A stretch of 32,000 nucleotides of DNA, taken from NCBI RefSeq assembly GCF_000306885.1, contig NC_018267.1, positions 925,991 through 957,990 on the forward strand, read 5' to 3'. The stretch comes from Wolbachia endosymbiont of Onchocerca ochengi. Lineage in GTDB: Bacteria > Pseudomonadota > Alphaproteobacteria > Rickettsiales > Anaplasmataceae. Below, one piece after another: positions 20,861 through 31,420 of the stretch (the stretch's first letter is position 1; each line of letters begins with the position of its first letter). The notes below the pieces were generated by a model, which ran no database searches, was not told where the DNA came from, and saw nothing but the letters and a program-made list of their open reading frames with translations. A program made the translations under genes and the position numbers.

Positions 20861-23200
20861 TCTAACATTCACATACAAAACATAGATATAAGCTAAATTT
20901 ATTGTGAATTATTGATTTTTTCTTAATCGCAAAGGTACTTATTAATTAAATTTTTACTCTACTATTTAAGTGATACAGATGCTTTTAACGTAAGTCCACA
21001 CTTTTTCAGTTAGCTTTTTGGCTATGAACACAAAATTTACATCTCTACACCTATATCTATTCATCACTACTTTCCTCACTATTTATTTTACTGATTAAAT
21101 AATCTCTTAATTCAGTAAATTCTTATAATAAAATTATTCGAACTACGATTGACTTTTATACCATTATTAAATTCTTTTTGTACTCTTTCTATTATATACT
21201 TTTTATCATATAGCATGTGCTTTATCTTCCTTATAATCCTTCTATACATTTATAATCATATAGTCTCCTTCCTTTGTGTTTTACAGGTTTTATTTGACAG
21301 AATTGACTCTCACAGAATTTTAAAACACGTTGTTTCAAGTATAGTTCTTCAGTAACTATTTCCAATAGCGTAGAGTAAATTTTTCCTACCCACTAATTAA
21401 TTTTTATTACTTTTAAGAATTTTAAAAAGACTGAATTTTTGCTTAAATTATCACTTTTTTGATGTTTTCGATATATTTCCTGGTCTTTCCTTCTTTTTTT
21501 TGACCAAGAATATTTCATAAGCTTACCTTTACTTCATCCAATATATCGCCTATTATTACAGCAGAGTTTTCTTTCAACAATTAGATTTCTTGATTTATAC
21601 CTTCAACTATTATTGTTTTAGTTACTGTTACATCTTTTACCGTAACATAATTTACAATTTATTATAATATATAAATATGAAATACAATGATCAACTCGAG
21701 ATTCAGCTACTTTATTTTCATGATACATCTCTTCTATAATAAAATTAAAAATATTAACTGGTAACTGCCAACGTTTTAAATATTATAAAAACGCTATTTA
21801 ATGATCTGCAAGAGGTGCTTAAAATTGATGCTATGGCTCTTCTACCTCCATAGTAAACACAAACCTGTTGAAATAATAGATGACGATGTACTAATGTCCC
21901 TCGTTTTACAATTTCGCCTCCAACAAAACATGCACATATACTCTGCAAAAAAACAAACGTCAACACTCAAAACATATGATATAAACTTTTAAATAACTGT
22001 ATAGTAAAACAATAATTGAAACACCTTGTAACAGAGTAGAAGCAGAAATGACATATCTTCTATTTTCAAGTAAATTCAAGATTCAATTTGTAATTAAAGC
22101 ACCAATTACAAGACTAAACTATACAATATTGCAGCTTGCTATACTGACTCTATTGTATTAAATACTAAGTTGCTCAATAATCTTCAAGCCCATCAAGGTA
22201 TTAAGCACTAGAAATATTCTAGAAGTAATAGCATCCATCGACTATCAAGGTTATATCTAAGAGATATCTCCTTGGTTTCAAGTACCACAAGCACAAAGCA
22301 TATTACCATTTTTATGGAGCTCTTTATTACATGTTTTTTAAAAGCCGCTTTCCGAAAGGATGTTTAGATAAAAAACATAAATACTAAAATAGCATCATGC
22401 ATAAATCGGGCTTTCTAATATGTACCTTAGCAAGAAAGCTAAAGAACAATACTTGAACTATTAGTGCAGAAAAGCTTAGAATTGTCTACATTAGTGAAAA
22501 CGTCAATTCAAACCGAACAAGGAAAAAATAAGTGCTGCTTACATAAGTAGCCACAATAAAACCAAACGATGCTCCAATTGCAGTTAATACTTGAGATAAA
22601 ATTTAATGAGAAATATTTTCACTATTAATAGGAATAAAAACCTAAGAACCATAATTAATAATAAGAAAAAAGTAATTTTTTCACTAAGAAAATATTAAAT
22701 ATCGCTCTACTGAAAAAACTGTAAGATGGCAAAAATTCAAGTATATGCTGAATTAGCCAGTGCAATTTGCACGATTATAGGACTAAGTTCTTTTTCAAAA
22801 CTCACACTTACATAAAGTGTAGATTATCTGCATGTTATTGATTATAACAACTGGGTTATTAATCAGCCAAATAGACTAAGCTTTAACTCTACTTTCCATA
22901 AAACTTGTTTTTATAAGTAGTTCATTGATAACTTAACACCAACTCTTTTTCAAAACTATATGTAACCATGTTTCATGGTGATAGATATAAGTGTTAAAGA
23001 CAAGAACTCTTAACCTTTTAGATTTATTATATTATTAAACAATTTTCATCTTAGTAATATAGCACAACAAAATGAGTCTCAATTCAAAAATTTGAGCAAT
23101 ACATTTGCAAGAATAAATAATAACATTGATTCTGTAAGGTTAGTTATACTGAATTTACGAGGAAACAAAAAATTAGTTAAAGAAAATTTTAGCGCCATAT

Positions 23201-23480
23201 ATGAATGGTAAAAAGAACTGTCGGTTCAATTCAAGTTTAATGCTCAAGTTATATAATAGTTGCAATAATATCACAGAAAAAACGCTATTGAGTAACATAA
23301 TTAAGTACAAAGAAAAAGAAGCTGCACGTGTGCTACTAATCAAATATTTATTAAAAAAGATAGCTAACGTTAATATGAAAGATAGCTATAGCGAAAACCC
23401 ATAGTATTATTTATATCAAAAAAGGTAAGAGCAAAGAAGTAGCAAAGTTATTATTAGACACAGGAGCAGACAAAATGTAA
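23201..23480 (+). pseudogene. Ankyrin-repeat-like gene remnant
   Basis: ARVLLIKYLLKKIANVNMKDSYSENP (frame ending 23404), then SIIYIKKGKSKEVAKLLLDTGADKM in the +1 frame (23403-23480); both resemble the ANK consensus ...VKLLLEAGADVN. Confidence 0.5.
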
Positions 23481-24129
23481 TGGATATGATAATGCTCATA
23501 ATTCAGAAACTTTACTATTTATAGTATGCTGTTATTCTGGTGAAAGTCTTAATATAGAAACACCAATACCTTTTTACATCAGCTTATCCATTAAACGTTT
23601 ATGATATCAGATAAAGAGCAAACTTCAAAGAACAACTTCCCGATTTGATAAAGCTCCTTATAGAACAATGAGACTAACATTTATGTAATAATAACCAAAA
23701 TGACATCCTTGAAGATCTTATTGCCAAGAGTTTTATAGTCATCACACGTAAACGATAAGAAATTTGTTACCTCTGTACAAAAATTTTAAAAAAATAAAAA
23801 CATTCAAGAAAGTAACATAGAAAGTTGTTTAAGGTAGCAGAGTAAAAAAAGACTTTAGATCACTTGCTGATATTATAACGAAAATAGTTCAATCAGTATA
23901 AGAAGCATTCAAGTTTGCAATAAAAGTAGTAATTCAAATACTTAGAATACAAAGTATAAAATTTGCCACTAAAGGTGCTCTTAAGAAACAGGATGGCTTG
24001 TTACCGAGGTGTTAATTGTCTTAGAAGTTTTTCATAAATTAGTAAAATTGAAAAAAATTACTTTTTACCATAACCTTAATTACAGCAAGATATATAAAAT
24101 TTTTACTAGATATTGTAAATAAATCTTAT

Positions 24130-24617
24130 TCTTTGATAGCCCTCTGTTCCTGTTGATCCAAGCAGAAGCCCTTTTTGCAACCCGCTTTCTTAGCCGTATT
24201 TTTAAATCCTTACTTTCTTGTTGATAGCAACCTAGTTAGTGTATCTCTGTGTATCTAAAGTCTACTATGCCTTTTTTCTTACCTTTTACTTTTCTACCCT
24301 CACCGTAGTTTTTAACTCCCCTTTTCCTACTGTTTTGACAGATTGACTTTAACTTATACGAGGCTTAGCTGTTTATCTCTTCTTATCTCTCTCTTAAATA
24401 TGTTCAAGAATTCATAATTCAATTTCTCAAGGATTCACCGCTTTTCACAACAGAAAATTGAATAATAAGTACCTACATTGATATCCTCTACATAATATCA
24501 TAATATCTGCAAAATCGCATTTAATATTTGTCTTCCATTGTATTTTAATAATCTCCTTACTTCTTTATATAAGACTCTGAAATATTCTTCCGTTCTACTT
24601 AAATCTATTAGATATCT
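24130..24617 (-). mobile_element. Heavily decayed IS5-family-like transposase relic
   Basis: Minus-strand fragments in family order: RYLIDLSRTEEYFRVLY..., LLKYNGRQILNAILQIL (24501-24527), GYQCRYLLFNFLL (24448-24486), SQSVKT (24331-24348), NYGEGRKVKGKKKGIVD (ends 24260), GTEGYQR (24130-24150); interrupted by stops and frameshifts. Confidence 0.6.
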
Positions 24618-25064
24618 TTCCTCATTTCTCACTCACTACTTTATCGCCATATACTACTACCCATGTCCCTTAATTTATCAATAATTTCCAATGGCTATAT
24701 CAGCATTAGAGAAGATATGGAAAATATTAGCAATAGGTCTTCTGAGAAAATGAATAAAATTAATAAACAAAATGATAAATGACAAACTAAAAATATAATT
24801 AGGTTAACCAAATACACTGAAACACATTTAGTAGTTTTTGCACACAGTTTGCTTTAACTTTAATATTCATGTTCCGTCCTCTATATCGCTGTTTCATCCA
24901 CTTATTAATAGTTAAACAGCAATAAAACTGTCTGTGTTACTATCTGGATTAATTTATTTCTAAGTCAACTAGCTAGTATTAAATACAAACAAAATAAGCA
25001 CTTCCAGCGATCAAAAACAACCAGCACAAGATATTAAGAAAAGTTTTCTTTTTCTTTAACAGAG

Positions 25065-25438
25065 TTACTCTAGATTCTCAACAAAATAAGCTGTTTTGTC
25101 TTTTTTTCCTTATACTCTTCTGCAGTGCTCAAAGGTTGCTTTTTAGCTGTAATATTTGGCCATTTCTGTGAATATTCTACATTGATATTGTAAAACAACT
25201 TGAAATTTCTTTGTTCTCTGCTCAGCAACTCTTCATCTAATTCTAAAATGTCTTTTACAGAATCATCAGTTACAATTGCATCTACTGGACATTCAGGTAT
25301 ACACACTCCACAATCAATACACTCATCTGGATTAATTACAAGCATGTTTTTACCCTCATAAAAGCAGTCAACAGGACACACCTCTATACAATCTGTATAT
25401 TTACATTTTATGCATTTATCGGTAATAAAATGTGTCAT
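25065..25438 (-). CDS. fdxA: FdxA-type ferredoxin, 3' end apparently frameshifted (track ORF 25070-25438)
   Basis: [21 protein letters not shown]..., [34 protein letters not shown]. Reading T7 (25101-25107) as T8 gives the FdxA-like tail [14 protein letters not shown]. Confidence 0.92.
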
Positions 25439-25975
25439 ATAAGTAGCGTATATTTATACATTTTGGGTACACTAAACTGATAAGAAATTCAAATCTTTTC
25501 ATTATAGATTAAATGTTAATAAATATTATTAGGTTACTTCCAAGTAAGTGGAAGAAAATTCCTTCATGAGAATAAATAAATTGAGTAATAGAGAATTAGA
25601 GATATAGTTAAGCTTGACTAGAAGCCTTTAGGGTCAATAAAATTTTTCGTGCGGAAGAAAGTATGTAAGTCATTAGGCAAAGAACTAAAATACCTGAATG
25701 GGTTTTCATTAACAACAAAAAGATATGCAGTGTTCAAAATACGTGAAAGAAATCAACAATGCAGAGAAAATTAGAGATAAAGTCATGCCTACATGCAATC
25801 CATGTGCGTCCTAACTTTTTAAGAAGTATACGAGATTATCTACTTATAATAACTATACCTGATGATATGTCATCATTAATTCATTAGATAATTGTAATAA
25901 TCAATGAGTGTAATTCTTCAGCAAATAGGAAAAATCTTGTCAATAAGCTAGCACATAATTTAAGCGAAGCTGGTT

Positions 25976-26224
25976 ATGGTAGTTTCCGAACTTGCAAAAG
26001 AAATAAGCATTGCAGCAAACAATTTGATATATAGAAATTATCTAATCATTGCTATAAAAAAAAGGATTGATGTAGTTCGCATAAGGGAAAATTTTAATTT
26101 ATACAGAAAAATTACTGAGCTTCCGTTTGCTACTAAGTCAGAACCTCAGTATTTTCCTCAAAAGAATCAAATTATATCTAGTCTTTTGCTAAGTTTTATA
26201 GTAATTTTAACATTAAAAGCCTAA
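25976..26224 (+). other. 82-aa ORF of unknown function, possibly a remnant of a larger gene
   Basis: MVVSELAKEISIAANNLIYRNYLIIAIKKRIDVVRIRENFNLYRKITELPF...; lies in otherwise non-coding DNA and ends in a hydrophobic segment. Confidence 0.2.
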
Positions 26225-26645
26225 TTTTCTAACAACAGCAAATTTTCCTTTAGACCAGGAAATAAAAGCATTTAAGGTTTTTAGATTTTCTCCAGCTCCC
26301 ACTGCAGTGGAAGCAATTATCTGATCAAAAGCAATGCTAAACTTATTAAATCCGCTAATGACATAATAAAGAATATTAAGTTCAGTTCACCTACTCAGCA
26401 AAAAAGCTTATTCGATGTTGAGTGCTGTACTGTTAACTAAAAGCACGAGAAAATTATAGCAAACAAAGTCAATCATAGTTAGTCATATCAACTCTATATC
26501 TCTTAATAAGATGATAAGCCTACATTGATAAAGCGTGTTTGTCCATAAACCTAGTTTTAATTGTTCTTTTAAAACTAGAGTTAGAAAGTAAAATAGAGCG
26601 ATTATCAAGAAATAAAGCATTAACAATTTTTTAAATTATTTTTAG

Positions 26646-27986
26646 CTACAACATTTTACTTTCCCCCATACAGTGAGCTAGGTCAAGAAAGGTGAATCTA
26701 TCTCTTGCTGTAAACGTAAGGCTAACCACTTTGCAATATTGCTCTTTATTCCAACAGGAGATGTTCTGGTAAGTGTGGAATTGACAAATCTTCAAACATT
26801 TTCTGCAGAAGTTTTACAGGTAATAGGTTTTGCTTAATTAAGCTGGAAATATCATTCCATTCTTATGAATAATCTCTTTAATTTTTTGCTGCATAATTTG
26901 CTTCTGCTTTAGGATTTCTATAAATTCGGTATTACCAAAGCATTCTGTTAAGCCCTCTATCATCGAAGCAGCATGACACTGATTCTCTTCCTGTAAATTA
27001 GCCATAGTGATCATTGTAACAGCAATTTTTTCTCCATGTAATGAAGAAGAATAATCTTTTGTTACCATCTCCATTGTGTGAGCTATCATATGCTCTCCTT
27101 GACTTGCAGAATAGCTGCCTTTTGATATTACCATCCCAAGTCCTGAAATCAGTAGAGCTTCCATAAGTAATAAAACTACCTTTTTGCTTTTTTCTGCAAG
27201 TGCCAAATACTCTCTGAGTAAAGCTTCCTCCAGATCACAAACAAGTATAAAAGGCAATTCATTATATTCCGTGCCAAGTAGTAGATGAGATAATAGCCAA
27301 TCAGCTTGCACTGTTGAACGGCAGATAAAATCCGCAATCCACTCAATGTTAGGCGCAATGGTGCATTGGTAATTATATTGGTATCAATATATATTGCCCT
27401 TGGAAGGTGTGCTACTAAAAATTTTTTATATCCATCTACTAAGATAGAAGCGTTTGAAGAGGTATACCCATTCATAGAAGCAGCTGTTGGAAAGGATATG
27501 TAGTTTTTACCTTCGAGATAGCTCGCGTACTTACAGATATCGTTAACAGTACCACTACTAAGTGCAACTATTAAATCACTATCCTTTGCCCTACTTCTAA
27601 CTAGATTAACGGTTTCAAGAGAAGTAACTCTGTTTACCATCGTTTCCTTAGTTGGCATTATTCCAGTGCTTAACACTGGAACCCATACTCTTTTTTTTCT
27701 GGATCCTAATGTCGGAGCACTGAGATGACTAAATTTTAGAAGCATTCAAAACAACATAAGGTCTTGCAAGAGAGCTAATGATATTACTAGGAATAATGAA
27801 GTGAGAAATTTTATTAAATATGTTTTTGCTCAAAAACTCTGCCGTATTTTCATCTGCAACTAGCAAAATATTATTCCCATATTTAGTACATATTTTATGT
27901 ATACTATCAACAAGATGATGATCTACTATTATTTCACTTATAAAAGTTTGCTTAGCTTGGTGTAATATTTGTTTTAAATAATGCAT
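26646..27986 (-). pseudogene. Glycerol-1-phosphate dehydrogenase-like (AraM/EgsA-type) pseudogene with several frameshifts
   Basis: Collinear fragments: FISEIIVDHHLVDSIHKI... (27729-27986), LVRSRAKDSDLIVALSSGTVNDICKYASYLEGKNYISFPTAASMNGYTSSNAS (27176-27745), QADWLLSHLLLGTEYNELPF...GSYSASQGEHMIAHTMEM (26838-27311), CWNKEQYCKVVSLTFTARDRFTFLDLAHCMGESKML to stop at 26646. Confidence 0.8.
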
Positions 27987-28028
27987 AGTATGTTTATATT
28001 ATAATAGTATCAGTATTTCAAGATTGAC

Positions 28029-29234
28029 ATGAAGATTGATCCTGTAGAGCTAACTAAGAAGTTGATTTCTTTTAAGAGCATAACACCAAAAGATGATGGA
28101 GCAATAGAACATATAGCAACAATTCTTAAGAAAAGTGGCTTTAAGTGTAAGATTTTAGAGTTTGGTGATAGCGAAGCTAAAGTTAAAAATCTCTATGCAA
28201 AATATATAAATGGAGTGCCAAATTTATGTTTTGCTGGACATGTTGATGTTGTGCCACCAGGTCAATTAAAAAACTGGACATCTGATCCATTTAATCCAAA
28301 AGTTAGAGATGGAATATTGTATGGAAGAGGAGCAGCTGATATGAAAAGTGGAGTAGCTGCATTTATTGCTGCTATGGTAAACTTTGTTGCAGGAAAATCT
28401 CAGTTTAACGGTTCGATAAGTGCATTGATTACCAGTGCTGAAGAAAGCATGGAAGAATATGGAACAAAAGCAATTTTAGAGTGGATGGAAAGTAAACAAA
28501 AAAAGATGGACTATTGTGTAATTGCTGAACCAACCAGCAATGAAAAACTAGGCGACACTATAAAAATAGGCAGAAGAGGATCTGCAACATTCAAATTAAC
28601 TTGCCATGGAAAACAAGGACATGTTGCCTACCCAGATTTAGCTGATAATCCAATATATAAGATGATATCAATATTGAGTAAGATAAGAAATACTACTCTT
28701 GATAATGGTAATAAATATTTTCAGCCTTCAAATTGTGAGGTTACTACTATTGATGTTGGAAATAATACTGACAACCTAATACCCGATTTAATAGTTGCAA
28801 ATTTCAACATTCGGTATAATGATATACAAACGCCTGATACTTTATTTAAGTTAGTCAATAAGATATGCTCCAGCGTAACTAACAATTATAAGCTTTCTAT
28901 TTACAACAATAGAGGCGCCTTTCTTTCTATTCCTGATAAGAATATTGATATTATGCTTGATGCAATAAATAAAGTTACCAATATTGATGCTGTAATGAGC
29001 ACGAGTGGTGGCACGTCTGATGCTGCATTTATCAAAAATGTTTGCCCAGTGGTTGAATTTGGTATGGTCAACAAAACCACACACCAAGTAAATGAATGCG
29101 TGTTAGTAGATGATATACATAAATTAACAACTATATATAAGGAATTTATAAAAAATTATTTTTACCCCACTAACAAGATAGTAAATCAGATTAATGTAAT
29201 TAGCAATATGCCTGATGGTCCATTGCTAGCTTAA
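28029..29234 (+). CDS. dapE: Succinyl-diaminopimelate desuccinylase
   Basis: FAGHVDVVPPGQLKNWTSDPFNPKVRDGILYGRGAADMKSG, SAEESMEEYGTK, M20 peptidase family pattern. Confidence 0.95.
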   Translation: MKIDPVELTKKLISFKSITPKDDGAIEHIATILKKSGFKCKILEFGDSEAKVKNLYAKYINGVPNLCFAGHVDVVPPGQLKNWTSDPFNPKVRDGILYGRGAADMKSGVAAFIAAMVNFVAGKSQFNGSISALITSAEESMEEYGTKAILEWMESKQKKMDYCVIAEPTSNEKLGDTIKIGRRGSATFKLTCHGKQGHVAYPDLADNPIYKMISILSKIRNTTLDNGNKYFQPSNCEVTTIDVGNNTDNLIPDLIVANFNIRYNDIQTPDTLFKLVNKICSSVTNNYKLSIYNNRGAFLSIPDKNIDIMLDAINKVTNIDAVMSTSGGTSDAAFIKNVCPVVEFGMVNKTTHQVNECVLVDDIHKLTTIYKEFIKNYFYPTNKIVNQINVISNMPDGPLLA

Positions 29235-29336
29235 GGCGTATTTCATGCTAGTAGAAAGTTAACTGGAAAAATTCCTGAAGAAAAAAGAAAACTTGCATGT
29301 AAATTCATTATATTGTAAAATTATAATTGTTTTAAA

Positions 29337-29951
29337 ATGAAGAGGTTAGTTATGAATCTTGTGACAAAGCCTGCTATTGATTTCACTGCCCCTGCTGTTC
29401 TTTCTGATGGAGAAATAGTTGATGACTTCTGTTTAAGCAAACACATAAAAGATAAATATGCTGTCCTTTTTTTCTATCCACTAGATTTTACTTTTGTCTG
29501 TCCAACTGAATTGATATCGTTTAGTAATAAAATAGAAGATTTTTCAAAACGTGGCGTTGAAGTCATAGGAGTAAGTGTAGACTCAAAATTCTCACATTAT
29601 AAGTGGCGAGAGACTCCAGTCAATGATGGAGGTATTGGAGAGGTTAGCTATACTTTGGTGTCTGATATCAAAAAGTCTATATCAAAAGACTATGAAGTAT
29701 TATATGATAACTCAATTGCACTAAGAGCTACTTTTGTTATTGATGATAAATTTATCATACGTCATCAGTCAATAAATGATTTACCTCTAGGACGCAATAT
29801 TGATGAGTTTATTAGGATTGTTGATGCGATTAAGCATAACAAAGAGTATGGTGAAGTATGTCCAGCAGGATGGAAAAAAGGTAAACCAGCAATACAAGCA
29901 AGCAACGAAGGGATAGCCGATTACTTAAATTCATATAGTGAAGAATTGTAG
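29337..29951 (+). CDS. 2-Cys peroxiredoxin (AhpC/TSA family)
   Basis: FYPLDFTFVCPTEL (peroxidatic Cys) and GEVCPAGWKKG (resolving Cys); start may be at MNLVTKP (29352). Confidence 0.95.
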   Translation: MKRLVMNLVTKPAIDFTAPAVLSDGEIVDDFCLSKHIKDKYAVLFFYPLDFTFVCPTELISFSNKIEDFSKRGVEVIGVSVDSKFSHYKWRETPVNDGGIGEVSYTLVSDIKKSISKDYEVLYDNSIALRATFVIDDKFIIRHQSINDLPLGRNIDEFIRIVDAIKHNKEYGEVCPAGWKKGKPAIQASNEGIADYLNSYSEEL

Positions 29952-30908
29952 ATGGGGCTATTTAGTACAAAAGTTCTTATTATTGGTTCTGGGGTAGCTG
30001 GTTACGCTGCTGCTATATATGCAGCGCGTGCAAATTTAGAGCCAATTGTAGTAACTGGAATGCAACCTGGTGGTCAACTTATGATTACTACAGATGTTGA
30101 AAATTATCCTGGTTTCATTTCAATACAAGGCTCAGAGCTCATGGAACAAAAGAAGTTGCATGCAAAGAAATTTGGTGCAAAAATAGTAGACGATGAAATA
30201 ACAAGTATTGAACACCTTAAAGGTTCTAATGAATATAGGTTCAAGTCTTTTGGTAAGACTAATAATTACTATTCAGATGCAATTATAATTGCATCTGGTG
30301 CACAAGCGAAATGGCTTGGTCTCAAGAGTGAAAAAGAATTTCAAGGTTATGGAGTTTCAGCTTGTGCAACTTGTGACGGTGCATTTTTTAAAAATAAAGT
30401 CGTAGCTGTAGTTGGTGGTGGAAATACCTCTGCTGAAGAGGCAATGTTTTTAACTCGATTTGCCAAAGAAGTTATACTGATACACAGGCGCAATAAATTA
30501 AGAGCAGAAAAGATAATACAAGATAGGCTCTTTAGAAAAGATAAGATAAAAGTAATATGGAATCATACTGTAGAGCAAATTCTTGGAGAAGAAAATCCGA
30601 AAAAAGTTACTGGTATTATAATTAAATCAACAGAGACTAATAAAATCCAAAAAATGAAAGTGGATGGAGTATTTATTGCAATTGGGCATACACCAAATAC
30701 AGGTATTTTAAAAGGATTTGTTGAAATGGATCAGCAAGGTTACGTAGTTACAAGGCCTGGTACAACTCTAACCAGTAGGACAGGAGTGTTTGCTGCAGGC
30801 GATGTTCAAGATAAGGTGTACCGGCAGGCAGTAGTTGCAGCGGGCACAGGGTGCATGGCTGCGCTTGATGCAGAAAAATTTCTAGGGTGTACAAGCGTAA
30901 AGAGTTAA
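29952..30908 (+). CDS. trxB: Thioredoxin reductase
   Basis: GSGVAGYAAAIYAARAN, redox motif ACATCDGAFF, GGGNTSAEEA, FAAGDVQD. Confidence 0.97.
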   Translation: MGLFSTKVLIIGSGVAGYAAAIYAARANLEPIVVTGMQPGGQLMITTDVENYPGFISIQGSELMEQKKLHAKKFGAKIVDDEITSIEHLKGSNEYRFKSFGKTNNYYSDAIIIASGAQAKWLGLKSEKEFQGYGVSACATCDGAFFKNKVVAVVGGGNTSAEEAMFLTRFAKEVILIHRRNKLRAEKIIQDRLFRKDKIKVIWNHTVEQILGEENPKKVTGIIIKSTETNKIQKMKVDGVFIAIGHTPNTGILKGFVEMDQQGYVVTRPGTTLTSRTGVFAAGDVQDKVYRQAVVAAGTGCMAALDAEKFLGCTSVKS

Positions 30909-31159
30909 AAAACAGAAAATATACGAAGTACCTCCGATAAAAGAAGAGAGAGTTTTATTATTATTTTCTTTTTTTGTTGCACAATAATGGTAAGTCATTA
31001 AGAACGTTTTTAACATGTTTAATATAGAGAATATCTTTTTAATCAGTAGGCAGAAAACCATATAGAAAGAGCAAGTAAATGTTGCTAAGATAGTAAACAA
31101 TATAATAGCAAACAATTTAATTAAAAAACTTCAAAAACCACTTAATATGCCAATAAAAA

Positions 31160-31420
31160 AGTTATTTTAGGCTATTGATGATGAAGACCTTGGAAGGTTT
31201 AAAACAACAACCTCTGAAAAAAAGTACGGATGTTGGTACGTTTGACTAAGAAGGTAAAGGTATAACGCTTTTTGATGTATCTATTTCTAACATCTATTAC
31301 TGTCAGTAGTAATTGATAAATTACATTAAGAAAATAAGCAAGTTACACATGAGGAGAGCAATTATGGTACACTAGATGCTTTTCGCGGTGCTGCATTTTT
31401 ACGACTTAGATGCATTATAG
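31160..31420 (+). pseudogene. Possible remnant of an ankyrin-like coding sequence
   Basis: AIDDEDLGRFKTTTSEKK, then in another frame STDVGTFD*EGKGITLFDVSISN, then TLDAFRGAAFLRLRCIIA; only weakly ANK-like. Confidence 0.2.

Noticed and set aside
21149-21355. 68-aa hydrophobic ORF as a possible small membrane protein
   Set aside because: AT-rich DNA readily yields Ile/Leu/Phe/Tyr-rich chance ORFs; no support beyond hydrophobicity.
21754-21992. Overlapping 63- and 70-aa ORFs in the intergenic block
   Set aside because: Opposite strands of the same DNA, no recognisable motif or clear ribosome-binding context; likely chance.
20861-25064. Search for a CRISPR array or regular tandem repeats in the non-coding block
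   Set aside because: I saw no regularly spaced direct repeats by eye, only simple AT-rich runs; a repeat finder would be needed to exclude short or diverged repeats.
28851-29087. 78-aa minus-strand ORF opposite dapE
   Set aside because: Lies entirely within dapE on the opposite strand with no independent evidence.
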